A DNA stretch of 64,000 bases, from assembly GCA_001915995.1 (NCBI GenBank), contig MNRO01000021.1, positions 93,759 to 157,758 of the forward strand. The letters run 5' to 3'. Numbering within the stretch: position 1 is the stretch's first letter; the number at the start of each line of letters is the position of its first letter. The notes beneath the pieces are model-generated. The model made no database searches, was not told the origin of the DNA, and worked only from the letters and a program-made list of their open reading frames with translations. Shown piece after piece: positions 16,914 through 25,979 of this stretch. A program made the translations under genes and the position numbers. The DNA is from Clostridium sp. 26_21 (GTDB lineage Bacteria > Bacillota > Clostridia > TANB77 > CAG-508).

Positions 16914-17735
16914 TTAATTATTAGTATTATATTGTTTTAAATTTATTCCATATGTTTTATATACCCAGTCATAATAATCCCATACATCTAATGTTTTTGG
17001 TTTTCCATAATCAACTCCATATGTTTCAACTGTAACACTTGATATTATTACATCATTTACTGGTGTACTTACTTCTGTATTTGAACTTGAATCAGAATTT
17101 GAATCTGTTGATTTTGCTGTTGCCTTTACTTCAACATTTTCAATTGCATGTACTACATCTAATCCTTCTATTACTTTTCCAAATGTGGCATAGCTTCCAT
17201 CTAATGATGTATTTGATGCTGTATTTATAAAGAATTGTGAACCTGCTGAATTATAACTTTCTGTTGTTAATTGTGATGAATATGATGTATAATCAGCTCT
17301 TGCCATTGAAATTACTCCATCAGTGTTTTTTATTTTGTTTTCATATCCATTTGCAAGAAATTCACCTGTTATACAATATTTTTTATCTGAATCTGTTCCA
17401 GCCTCTGCTAATCCTATATCACTTAATTCTGGTGATCCTGTTCCATCTCCATTGCTATCTCCACCTTGAATCATAAATCCTTTTACAATTCTATGGAATT
17501 TTAATCCATCATAAAATCCATGATTTGCTAATGCTATAAAGTTAGCAACTGTATCTGGAGCCATTTCTGGATATAATTCTAATTTTATTGTTCCAAAGTC
17601 TTTTACTTCCATTGTTACTATTGGATTTTTTACTTCCATTGTTATTTTTTTGTAATATCCAAATGATATTGTTCCTATTAATACTACAATAACAATTAAT
17701 GCTATTATTGTTAAAATGTTTGATATTTTTTTCAT
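16914..17735 (-). CDS. ppiB: peptidyl-prolyl cis-trans isomerase, cyclophilin type, membrane-anchored with a C-terminal extension
   Basis: TM anchor, then GTIKLELYPEMAPDTVANFIALANHGFYDGLKFHRIVKGFMIQGGD (cyclophilin signature), then a Ser-rich linker and an aromatic tail WDYYDWVYKTYG. Confidence 0.85.
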   Translation of the reverse strand: MKKISNILTIIALIVIVVLIGTISFGYYKKITMEVKNPIVTMEVKDFGTIKLELYPEMAPDTVANFIALANHGFYDGLKFHRIVKGFMIQGGDSNGDGTGSPELSDIGLAEAGTDSDKKYCITGEFLANGYENKIKNTDGVISMARADYTSYSSQLTTESYNSAGSQFFINTASNTSLDGSYATFGKVIEGLDVVHAIENVEVKATAKSTDSNSDSSSNTEVSTPVNDVIISSVTVETYGVDYGKPKTLDVWDYYDWVYKTYGINLKQYNTNN

Positions 17736-17829
17736 TTTTTTAATCCTTCCTTTTGTGTTTTACGAAGCTAATTATACATGTTATTTATTTAAATTGCAAC
17801 ATTTTTCAAAAACATTTCACATTTTTCTT

Positions 17830-18900
17830 TTAAACTAAATTATCAAAAGCAAATTGCTCTTGCATTTTTCTTAAATATTGCTTTATTGCTTCTGCTCTTA
17901 CTTCTCCAATTCCATCTACTTTATCTAAATCATTTATATCTGCAACTAATATATGTTGAAATGATTTAAATGATTTTACTAAATTATCAACAATTGAACT
18001 TGGCATTCTTGGGACTTTGTTTAATATTCTATATCCCTTTGGATATACTGCTAAATCTTCATAATTTTCAAAACTTTCATATCCAAGCAATTTTGCTATT
18101 GTACTTTGTTTCATTAATTCTTCATGTCCTAAATTTTCTAAATGTTCTATTATTTCTTCTGATGTCGATTCTGCAACTAAATAATCTTTAACTAATTGCA
18201 TTTCTTCTTTTTCTAATCCCCCAATTAGTTCCTCTAATTGCATACTTACAAGTCTTCCATCTTCTCCTAATTCATATATTTTCTTTTTTATTTCTTCTAC
18301 AATTCTCTTTACCATTTCTGCTCTTTGAATTACAGATATTACATTATCTAATGTTACAATATCATTAAATTCATATTCATTCAAAATACTTAATTTACTA
18401 TCATATACTTTTCTGTATTTTTCTAATGTTTGAATTGCTTGATTTGCTTTATTTAATACTACATCTGTATCTTCTAATATATATCTATAGTTGTCTTTAA
18501 AGATTGTTATTATATTTCTTCTTTGAGATATACTTATAACTAATTCTCCTGTTTGTTTTGCTGTTCTTTCTGCAGTTCTGTGTCTCGTTCCCGTTTCAAC
18601 TGTTGGTATTTGGTATGATGGTATTAATTGTGCATTTGCAAATAATATTTTTTTCATATCTCCACTTAATATTATCGCACCATCCATTTTGGCTAATTCA
18701 TATAATTTTGATGAGTTATACTCTTCATTTATATTAAATCCTCCATCAACAATTTCATCTATTACTTCTTGCTTATCTGTTATTAATAATAATGCTCCTG
18801 TTCTTGCTTTTAATATATTGTCTAGTCCTTCTCTTATAGGTGTTCCTGGTGCTATTTTTTTTAAAATTTCTGCAATTGGATCTTCTTTTATTGCCTTCAT
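17830..18900 (-). CDS. disA: DNA integrity scanning protein DisA (diadenylate cyclase)
   Basis: DAC domain IAPGTPIREGLDNILKARTGALLLI ... DGAIILS ... GTRHRTAER and a C-terminal HhH (VDGIGEVRAEAI). It lies immediately downstream of radA. Confidence 0.9.
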   Translation of the reverse strand: MKAIKEDPIAEILKKIAPGTPIREGLDNILKARTGALLLITDKQEVIDEIVDGGFNINEEYNSSKLYELAKMDGAIILSGDMKKILFANAQLIPSYQIPTVETGTRHRTAERTAKQTGELVISISQRRNIITIFKDNYRYILEDTDVVLNKANQAIQTLEKYRKVYDSKLSILNEYEFNDIVTLDNVISVIQRAEMVKRIVEEIKKKIYELGEDGRLVSMQLEELIGGLEKEEMQLVKDYLVAESTSEEIIEHLENLGHEELMKQSTIAKLLGYESFENYEDLAVYPKGYRILNKVPRMPSSIVDNLVKSFKSFQHILVADINDLDKVDGIGEVRAEAIKQYLRKMQEQFAFDNLV

Positions 18901-18952
18901 TGAAAAACCTTCCTCTCTACTATAAAGCCTATTTTTTTCTAATCTTTTGTTT

Positions 18953-20314
18953 TTATTTTATTCCTAATTTTCTTAATGTTTCTCCAATATTTTTCACACC
19001 TATTATATCTAATTTATATTCATCTTTCAAGCTTTTTTTGTTATTTTCTGGAATTATACATGTTTTAAAGCCCAATTTTTCTGCTTCTTTTAATCTTTTT
19101 TCAATTAAATTAATTCTTCTTACTTCTCCTGTCAAACCTACTTCTCCCATAACAACTGTACTTTGCGGAATTGGTATATTTTTATATGCAGATGCAACTG
19201 TTGCTATTATTCCTAAATCGACTGCTGGTTCATTTAATTTCATTCCACCTGCTATATTTAAATAAATATCTTGCCCTCCCAATGCTAATCCTGCTCTTTT
19301 TTCTAGAACTGCAATTAATACTGCTAATCTGTTATAATCAAATCCATTTGCAGTTCTTTTTGGTATTCCAAATACTGATTGTGATGTCAATGCTTGCATT
19401 TCTACTAGTATTGGTCTTGTTCCTTCTATACTTGCTATAATACATGAGCCTGATGGATTATCTTCTCTTTCTGTTATTAATATGTCTGATGGATTTGTTA
19501 CTTCACACATTCCTTCTTGTCTCATTTCAAACATTCCTATTTCATTTGTTGATCCAAATCTGTTTTTTACTGCTCTTAATATTCTATATGTATTATATCT
19601 TTCTCCTTCTAAATAAAGTACTGTATCTACCATATGTTCTAAGACTCTTGGACCTGCTATGTTTCCTTCTTTTGTTACATGTCCTATTATTATTGTTGTT
19701 ATTTGTTGTGCTTTACATACTCTCATTATTTGTGCTGTTATTTCTCTTACTTGACTTACACTTCCTGCTGCTGCAGTTATTTCATCTGAATACATTGTTT
19801 GTATTGAGTCTATTATTACTAATTTTGGTTGCATTTCTGATATTGCTTCTTTTACTATATCTATATCTGTTTCTCCTAAAAACATTAATTCTTCACTTTT
19901 TACATCTAATCTATCTGCTCTTAATTTTATTTGCTCTGCAGATTCTTCTCCAGATACATATAATACTTTTCCTTCTCCTTGTACTTTTTCACATAATTGT
20001 AATATTAATGTTGATTTTCCTATTCCAGGTTCTCCTCCTAATAATATCAATGAGCCTTTTACTAATCCGCCTCCTAGAACTCTATCTAATTCTGAATATC
20101 CTGTTGAGATTCTATTTGCTTCTTGTCCTATATATGTATTCAATGGTTTTGGGGTATTATTTATCTTTTTTTCTATTTTGTTTTCTTCTGTGTATTTCTC
20201 TATTTTTTGTTCATAAAATGTATTCCAACTATTACATGCTGGACATTTTCCTAACCATTTTGGTGATTCATTTCCACATTCACTACATACAAATATTGTT
20301 TTTGCTTTTGCCAT
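18953..20314 (-). CDS. radA: DNA repair protein RadA/Sms
   Basis: Zinc finger FVCSECGNESPKWLGKCPACNSWNTF, Walker A GGEPGIGKSTL, KNRFG motif, and a Lon-like C-terminal domain. Confidence 0.95.
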   Translation of the reverse strand: MAKAKTIFVCSECGNESPKWLGKCPACNSWNTFYEQKIEKYTEENKIEKKINNTPKPLNTYIGQEANRISTGYSELDRVLGGGLVKGSLILLGGEPGIGKSTLILQLCEKVQGEGKVLYVSGEESAEQIKLRADRLDVKSEELMFLGETDIDIVKEAISEMQPKLVIIDSIQTMYSDEITAAAGSVSQVREITAQIMRVCKAQQITTIIIGHVTKEGNIAGPRVLEHMVDTVLYLEGERYNTYRILRAVKNRFGSTNEIGMFEMRQEGMCEVTNPSDILITEREDNPSGSCIIASIEGTRPILVEMQALTSQSVFGIPKRTANGFDYNRLAVLIAVLEKRAGLALGGQDIYLNIAGGMKLNEPAVDLGIIATVASAYKNIPIPQSTVVMGEVGLTGEVRRINLIEKRLKEAEKLGFKTCIIPENNKKSLKDEYKLDIIGVKNIGETLRKLGIK

Positions 20315-20347
20315 TTTTCATCATTCCTATCTTATTTTTCTTTTTGA

Positions 20348-20376
20348 ATTATATATTTTTTGTTTTTATTAGTCAA
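20348..20376 (-). promoter_or_regulatory. sigma-A type promoter upstream of radA
   Basis: On the minus strand: TTGACT (20371-20376), 17-nt spacer, TATAAT (20348-20353). Confidence 0.55.
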
Positions 20377-20426
20377 TATATTTTCGAAAAAATGTTTGCA
20401 ATTATTTGTAATTTATTTCCTTTGAT

Positions 20427-20435
20427 TTCGACAAA
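20427..20435 (-). promoter_or_regulatory. Spo0A-box-like motif TTTGTCGAA
   Basis: The plus-strand ttcgacaaa reads TTTGTCGAA on the minus strand. It lies in the divergent intergenic region between radA and the 81-aa gene. Confidence 0.3.
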
Positions 20436-20511
20436 TTTTGATGTTATTATTAATTATAAGAACTAATTTTATTTTGCCTTTGTTTTAAGACAGAAAGGAC
20501 TGGAATTTATT

Positions 20512-20757
20512 ATGAATAAAATTATTACAGGGTTAAAAAATTTAGATAAAGATACTTATAAAATTATAAAATATGGTATATTGTTTTCAACTTTTCTCGC
20601 AATTATTGCATCTGCAATATTAATTTCTTACATATTACTTGGAATTAACTTATTTTATCATATTGGTGAAGTTTTAATTAAGTCTAGTTTTACTTTTGCT
20701 ACACAATTTGTCATTTGTGGTATTATTGTTGATTCTATCAGAAAACAAATTATATAG
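20512..20757 (+). CDS. small membrane protein, hypothetical (81 aa)
   Basis: Two predicted TM helices (ILFSTFLAIIASAILISYILLGI; FATQFVICGIIV), with an AAAGGA SD. Confidence 0.5.
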   Translation: MNKIITGLKNLDKDTYKIIKYGILFSTFLAIIASAILISYILLGINLFYHIGEVLIKSSFTFATQFVICGIIVDSIRKQII

Positions 20758-20763
20758 ATATAA

Positions 20764-20790
20764 AAGAAAGCCCCTTAATTGGGGCTTTAA
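20764..20790. terminator. bidirectional terminator between convergent genes
   Basis: Stem aaagcccc / ggggcttt. The T-rich tail is better on the minus strand (spoVG side). Confidence 0.65.
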
Positions 20791-20803
20791 TAATATTTAT
20801 ATA

Positions 20804-21061
20804 TTATTCTGCTGATTCTTCTGTTTCAGGAGCGTTGTAAGCTTCTAAAATAGCTTTTTGAATTTTTTCTCTTGTCTCAGCATTGATTGGATGAGCTATG
20901 TCTTTGAATTCTCCGTTTGGAGTTTTTCTGCTTGGCATAGCAATGAATAATCCATCTTGACTTTCGATAACTTTGATATCATGGATAACAAATTCATTAT
21001 CGAATGTTACAGAAGCAACAGCTTTCATTCTGTTCTCTGAATTTACTTTTCTTAACTCCAC
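20804..21061 (-). CDS. spoVG: septation/sporulation regulator SpoVG
   Basis: [66 protein letters not shown] is near-identical in pattern to SpoVG. Start uncertain: GTG at 21061, with no ATG and no SD upstream. Confidence 0.85.
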   Translation of the reverse strand: MELRKVNSENRMKAVASVTFDNEFVIHDIKVIESQDGLFIAMPSRKTPNGEFKDIAHPINAETREKIQKAILEAYNAPETEESAE

Positions 21062-21277
21062 TGTTAAATTTTTTGTACTAATAAGTTTTATATCTTATGT
21101 ACTAGTCTATTATTCTCCAATATTTTCTTTTTTCCCTCTTTTTTTTCAAAAAAATTTTTTATTTTATTTTTTTTTAGATTTATTGTCTCAAAAAACTTGA
21201 AATTTGCATTATATAAGTATATAATGTGAACTAATAATTTAGACATATATTTTGAAAATACAAGGAGAGATTTTATA

Positions 21278-22660
21278 ATGCCAAATATTGAAAATATTAA
21301 AAAATATCAAAAAATACATATGATAGGAATTGGTGGAATTAGCATGAGTGGAATTGCAGAAATACTTGCTAATTGGGGTTTTTCTGTTTCTGGAAGCAAT
21401 AATGTTGATTCAGAAATTTTACATACTTTAGAAAATGCAGGAATTAAAGTATTTGTTGGTCATGATGCAAAAAATGTAATTGGAGCTGATTGTGTTGTTT
21501 ATACAGCTGCAATCCATCAAGACAATCCAGAACTTGTACATGCAAAAGAACTTGGAATTCCTACTATAGAAAGATCTGATTTCTTAGGCGAACTTACAAG
21601 ATGTTATAAAAATACTATTGCAATTTCAGGAACACATGGAAAAACAACTACAACATCACTTGTTTCTTTATGTTTCTTAGAAGCATTAAGAGATCCAAGT
21701 ATACAAGTTGGTGCAATAATAAAAGAACTTGATGGAAATTATAGAGTTGGAAATAGTGAAAATTTTATAATCGAAGCTTGTGAATATGTTGAAAGTTTTT
21801 TAAAATTTAGTCCAAAATCCGAAATAATTTTAAATATTGATAATGATCATCTAGATTATTATAAAAATTTAGAAAATATAAAAAATGCCTTTATTAAATA
21901 TGTAAAATTACTGCCTGAAGATGGGCATTTAATCATAAATGCTGATGATAATAATTGTTTAGACCTACCTGTTTATTCAAAAGCTCAAGCAATTAAATAT
22001 GGTATCGAAAATGATGATGTTGATTTTCAAGCAAAAAATATTAAATTTGATGATGAAGGAATGGCTGAATTTGATGTTTATAAATATAATGAATTTTATG
22101 AACATATTTCACTTTCTATTCCTGGAAAACATAATGTTTTAAATGCTTTAGCTTGTATTGCTTTATGTGATACTTATGGAATTTCAAAAACTGATATAAA
22201 AAATGCTATTCATAAATTTAAAGGTGCTGATAGAAGATTTGAATTTAAAGGTATGTTAAATGGTGCTAGAGTTTATGATGATTATGGTCATCATCCAACA
22301 GAAGTTAAAGCTACTGCAAAAGCTTTAAAAAACAAAAAATATAATAAATCTTGGGTTGTATTTCAACCACATACATATAGTAGAACATTTAATCTTTTAG
22401 ATGATTTTGCAAATGCTTTACTTGAATTTGATAATATCATTGTTACAGATATTTATGCAGCAAGAGAAACTAATACTTATAATATTTCTTCAAAAGATTT
22501 GGTTAATAAAATAATTGAATTAGGAAAAAATGCTATATATCTTCCTTCTCTTGAAGAATGTGCTTCTTATTTAAAAGAGAATGTAAAAAAAGATGATATT
22601 GTTCTTACTTTAGGTGCTGGAACTGTTACAAATATAGGACCTATGATTGTTGAGAGATAG
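21278..22660 (+). CDS. murC: UDP-N-acetylmuramate--L-alanine ligase
   Basis: IHMIGIGGISMSGIAEIL, ISGTHGKTTTTSL (P-loop), and Mur ligase C-terminal motifs. Confidence 0.95.
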   Translation: MPNIENIKKYQKIHMIGIGGISMSGIAEILANWGFSVSGSNNVDSEILHTLENAGIKVFVGHDAKNVIGADCVVYTAAIHQDNPELVHAKELGIPTIERSDFLGELTRCYKNTIAISGTHGKTTTTSLVSLCFLEALRDPSIQVGAIIKELDGNYRVGNSENFIIEACEYVESFLKFSPKSEIILNIDNDHLDYYKNLENIKNAFIKYVKLLPEDGHLIINADDNNCLDLPVYSKAQAIKYGIENDDVDFQAKNIKFDDEGMAEFDVYKYNEFYEHISLSIPGKHNVLNALACIALCDTYGISKTDIKNAIHKFKGADRRFEFKGMLNGARVYDDYGHHPTEVKATAKALKNKKYNKSWVVFQPHTYSRTFNLLDDFANALLEFDNIIVTDIYAARETNTYNISSKDLVNKIIELGKNAIYLPSLEECASYLKENVKKDDIVLTLGAGTVTNIGPMIVER

Positions 22661-22682
22661 TTATAAAACTATCTCTTTATTC
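22652..22682. terminator. hairpin between convergent murC and ytfJ-like genes
   Basis: Stem agagatagtt / aactatctct. It overlaps both stop codons. Confidence 0.55.
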
Positions 22683-23294
22683 TTCCCCAAAAATTTCCCC
22701 ATCTGATTCAATTGTTTCAATATTCATCTTATTTTCTTTTTGAGAATCAGCTTCATTTCGAGCAATTTTTTCATCTTGTTTTTTCACTTCTTCACTTTTT
22801 TCCTCTTGATTCTTATTACAATCCGATTTTTTACAATTCTTCTTTTTTATATCTTCTAAAATTCTTTTTGTTCTTTCATCTTTTTGACAAATAGATTTAT
22901 TAAACATTTCATTAATTTTCTGCATTAAATCTGGAACATAATCTATAAGTCTATCAATACAAGATTGATGGTCAACAGGCATTAATTTTACATTATCTCC
23001 TTGCACAACTAAAAAAGCAACTGGATTTATTGAAACACCTGCCCCTGCTCCACCTCCAAATGGTAATTTGTATTCAATTTCTTCATCTTTGTCTTTCATT
23101 CTATATTGTTTTATAGTTTCACCTGTAAATTCACTTCCACCTGCTGCGAATCCAAAAGATACTTTAGAAATTGGAATAATTGTAATTCCATTCATTGATT
23201 GAATTGGCTCACCTACTATAGTATTCACATCTACCATGTTTTGAATACTATTCATTGCTGTCATCATTAAATTTTCAATAGGATGTTCTCCCAT
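22677..23294 (-). CDS. ytfJ: sporulation protein YtfJ (GerW family) with a Lys/Glu/Cys-rich C-terminal extension
   Basis: HPIENLMMTAMNSIQNMVDVNTIVGEPI...ITIIPISKVSFGFAAGGSEF...LPFGGGAGAGVSINPVAFLVV is the GerW/YtfJ pattern. Confidence 0.8.
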   Translation of the reverse strand: MGEHPIENLMMTAMNSIQNMVDVNTIVGEPIQSMNGITIIPISKVSFGFAAGGSEFTGETIKQYRMKDKDEEIEYKLPFGGGAGAGVSINPVAFLVVQGDNVKLMPVDHQSCIDRLIDYVPDLMQKINEMFNKSICQKDERTKRILEDIKKKNCKKSDCNKNQEEKSEEVKKQDEKIARNEADSQKENKMNIETIESDGEIFGEE

Positions 23295-23302
23295 AATATC
23301 AC

Positions 23303-23893
23303 TTACCTTACTTTAAAATTTAGATTTTTATTTAAGGATTTATCCATAAACCTTTCCTTTATATTGTCTTTTATAAATTTATATATATAATGCATCAAAT
23401 ATATTGTAAATATACCATTTAGATTAATTTTTAATAAATTTCTATTTGCATAAATTGGCAAAATCTGATATTTCGACTTTTTTATAATTATTCCCAATAT
23501 TCCAGCCAAAATTCCCACTAATATTGCAGTTATTCCTGCATCTTCTGTTCCAATCTTGACATTCAAATCTATATTTTTTATATCTATATCAATATTTCTA
23601 ATCAATTCAATATAATTTATTTTTATATCTTTATTTTTTAAAATTTTTATATCAAAATCACTTGCTTCGAATTTCACATCTTTCATTGGTAAACTTCTTA
23701 CATTTTTTCTAAATAATTTAATTTTATTAAACAATAATAAATAAACATATATTTTTCCATCTTCATTTACTTTTTCTTCTGCATCTGTATCAATTATAAG
23801 ATTTTTTATATCTATACCAATTTTACTTGTATGTATTGCAATTATCAAAATTGTAAATATTCCTAATATAAAAAGAAAAAACAATATTATCAA
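23303..23893 (-). CDS. DUF2953 (YtfI-like) membrane protein
   Basis: N-terminal TM helix, with size and position immediately upstream of ytfJ as in the ytfI-ytfJ pair. The sequence assignment is tentative. Confidence 0.45.
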   Translation of the reverse strand: MIILFFLFILGIFTILIIAIHTSKIGIDIKNLIIDTDAEEKVNEDGKIYVYLLLFNKIKLFRKNVRSLPMKDVKFEASDFDIKILKNKDIKINYIELIRNIDIDIKNIDLNVKIGTEDAGITAILVGILAGILGIIIKKSKYQILPIYANRNLLKINLNGIFTIYLMHYIYKFIKDNIKERFMDKSLNKNLNFKVR

Positions 23894-23940
23894 CTCTTTT
23901 CTTAAAAGTTATAATATTATTTTTTCCTATTTTTTCTTTT

Positions 23941-24708
23941 TTAATCTTCAATTTGTTTTGGGTGAAATTTTGACTTTTCTACCTCTATGTCTCCAAATAA
24001 TTCATCTTGTTCTGTTACAACTTTATTTCTACGTGACATTTCTAAAAGACCTGTAAATGCTGTAACAACTTCATTTTTACTATGTTTTTTTAGTGTAAAT
24101 AATTTATTAAATGTAAATTTCTTATATTTTATTAATACTCTATACATATCTTTTACTTTATCTCCAACAGAAAATGTTTCTGTTATCGCTATTTTCTCAA
24201 TATTTGCAGCATTTTCATTTATTTTTTCAGTATTTGTTTGCAACAATTTTTGATAAACTTCTGGTATTATATTCGGAGTATATTCTTTTTGAATTTTTTG
24301 TTTTGGTAATTCAATTTCTTCTGTCATTTTAAATAATCTTTTTGAATTTACTAAAAATGCTTCTTTTAATTTTTTTGTTATTTCTTTATATTTTTTATAT
24401 TCAATTATTCTTCTAATAAGTTCTTCTTCTGTAATTTCTTCCTCTTCATTTTCTACTTTTGGTAATAAATGTTTTGATTTTAAATATAATAATGTTGATG
24501 ACATAACTAAAAATTCACTTGTTATATCTAAATTCATTTTTTCCATTTGATTTATATAATCTATATATTGATCTGCTATTTCACTTATATTTATGTCATA
24601 AATATCCATTTTATTTTTGTCTATTAAGTGACATAATAAATCTAATGGACCTTCAAAATTTTCTAATTTTATTGAATATATTTTTCCCATTGTAATTAAA
24701 TTTTGCAT
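23941..24708 (-). CDS. scpA: segregation and condensation protein A
   Basis: IKLENFEGPLDLLCHLIDKNKMDIYDINISEIADQYIDYI is the ScpA N-terminal signature. Confidence 0.85.
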   Translation of the reverse strand: MQNLITMGKIYSIKLENFEGPLDLLCHLIDKNKMDIYDINISEIADQYIDYINQMEKMNLDITSEFLVMSSTLLYLKSKHLLPKVENEEEEITEEELIRRIIEYKKYKEITKKLKEAFLVNSKRLFKMTEEIELPKQKIQKEYTPNIIPEVYQKLLQTNTEKINENAANIEKIAITETFSVGDKVKDMYRVLIKYKKFTFNKLFTLKKHSKNEVVTAFTGLLEMSRRNKVVTEQDELFGDIEVEKSKFHPKQIED

Positions 24709-24751
24709 TTGTTTTTCCTTCCTTTAAGCTATAACTCTATCCAAAATTAAT

Positions 24752-25255
24752 TTATTCATATTTGCTTATTGGATATCCTTTTCTAAACAAATATTGATTA
24801 ATTTTTTCTTCTTCCATATTTTCTGCTTTTTTTCTTCTTATTTTTTCTATACATTTTTTTTCATATTCTTCAAGTTCTTCTCTATTATCTTCTATATATT
24901 TTTCGACTAATTTTTTGTCTAATCCTTTTTCTAGAAGTTTGTATTTTAATTCTCTTATTGATAATATTTTTAACATCATATATTCATTTACTTGTTTTTG
25001 AATAAATTGATAATCATCTAAATAATTAGCTTCTTTTAGATATTCAATTATTTCATCAAGTAATTGTTCATCTATTTCATTTTTGAATTTTTTTCTTACT
25101 TCTTGCTCTGTTCTTTTTTTATATGTAATATATTTCATTATTCTTGTTTTAGCTTTATCTTTTCTTTTTAAATCATCAATTTTAGTAGTTTTTATATCTT
25201 CTAAATCTATTGATTTTAGTGATTTAAAATCATCTACATTGTTTATAATTTTCAT
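24752..25255 (-). CDS. recX: RecX-family regulatory protein (tentative)
   Basis: Repeated three-helix pattern: RTEQEVRKKF...DEQLLDEIIEYLKEANYLDDYQF... RELKYKLLEKGLDKKLVEKYI. Confidence 0.55.
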   Translation of the reverse strand: MKIINNVDDFKSLKSIDLEDIKTTKIDDLKRKDKAKTRIMKYITYKKRTEQEVRKKFKNEIDEQLLDEIIEYLKEANYLDDYQFIQKQVNEYMMLKILSIRELKYKLLEKGLDKKLVEKYIEDNREELEEYEKKCIEKIRRKKAENMEEEKINQYLFRKGYPISKYE

Positions 25256-25403
25256 TATGTTTGCTCCTTTTGATTAATTTTATATGATTTTTTATTTTTT
25301 TGCAAGATTTTTCAAGTATATTTTGGCTCAATAAATTAATACTATAAATAAGGTTTTGTTTTGAAACCTTTAATTGTAATTTTTAGAAAGGAATTTAGAC
25401 ATT

Positions 25404-25904
25404 ATGAGTAAAAAATTGTTTCTTGCAATTGGTTTGGCTATAGCAATAATATTTTCTTTTTCTGTTACTTTAAGTTTTGCTACTGAAAATACTATGCAAA
25501 ATGCTGGCAATGATGTTGTTAATGGTGTAAGAGATGTTGTTGGTGGAGCTGAAAATGCTGTTGAAGATGCTTTAAAAGGTGTTGGAGATGGAATAAATGA
25601 TATGACTAATATGAACAATAACAACAATAATATAAATACTAATACAACAAATACTACTGATAATAATGATATTATGACTGGTATTGGTAATGATGCTAAT
25701 ACAGCAGTTAGAAATACTACAGGTTATAATGCTACTAGAACAGCAACAGATACAAACACAGCTAATTTCTTAGGTATGAATTCTACTATGTGGACTTGGC
25801 TTATAATTGCTGTCTCAGCTGCTGTTATTATTGCTCTAATTTGGTATTATGCTTCTTCTAATAATAAAAGAACTAATTACTATGATGATAATAATAATCA
25901 TTAA
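25404..25904 (+). CDS. Asn/Thr-rich low-complexity membrane-anchored protein, hypothetical
   Basis: N-terminal signal/TM (LFLAIGLAIAIIFSFSVTLSFA), a poly-N/T middle, and a C-terminal TM helix WTWLIIAVSAAVIIALIWYY. Confidence 0.5.
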   Translation: MSKKLFLAIGLAIAIIFSFSVTLSFATENTMQNAGNDVVNGVRDVVGGAENAVEDALKGVGDGINDMTNMNNNNNNINTNTTNTTDNNDIMTGIGNDANTAVRNTTGYNATRTATDTNTANFLGMNSTMWTWLIIAVSAAVIIALIWYYASSNNKRTNYYDDNNNH

Positions 25905-25924
25905 TCTTTAAATATATGAAAAAA

Positions 25925-25953
25925 TACACCTTCAAAAGGAGGTGCATTTTTTC
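25925..25953 (+). terminator. intrinsic terminator
   Basis: Stem caccttc / ggaggtg (one G-U) followed by T6. Confidence 0.6.
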
Positions 25954-25979
25954 TTCTATAAGGATATATTGGTATAATA

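Noticed and set aside
19444-20466. Long Leu/Phe-rich ORFs antisense to real genes. This 340-aa example overlaps radA. Similar ones lie at 10709-11170, 37133-38356, 38598-39398, 42434-43267 and 57062-57748.
   Set aside because: They are shadow frames of AT-rich coding DNA. The reverse complement of Lys/Glu/Asn-rich codons gives Leu/Phe/Ile-rich stop-poor frames. They have no SD and no recognisable domains, and they overlap confidently identified genes completely.
25600-25720. Repetitive AAT/AAC/ACA-rich stretch that looks like a tandem repeat.
   Set aside because: It is in-frame low-complexity coding sequence (a poly-Asn/Thr tract) within the 166-aa membrane protein. It is not a spaced repeat array or a CRISPR.
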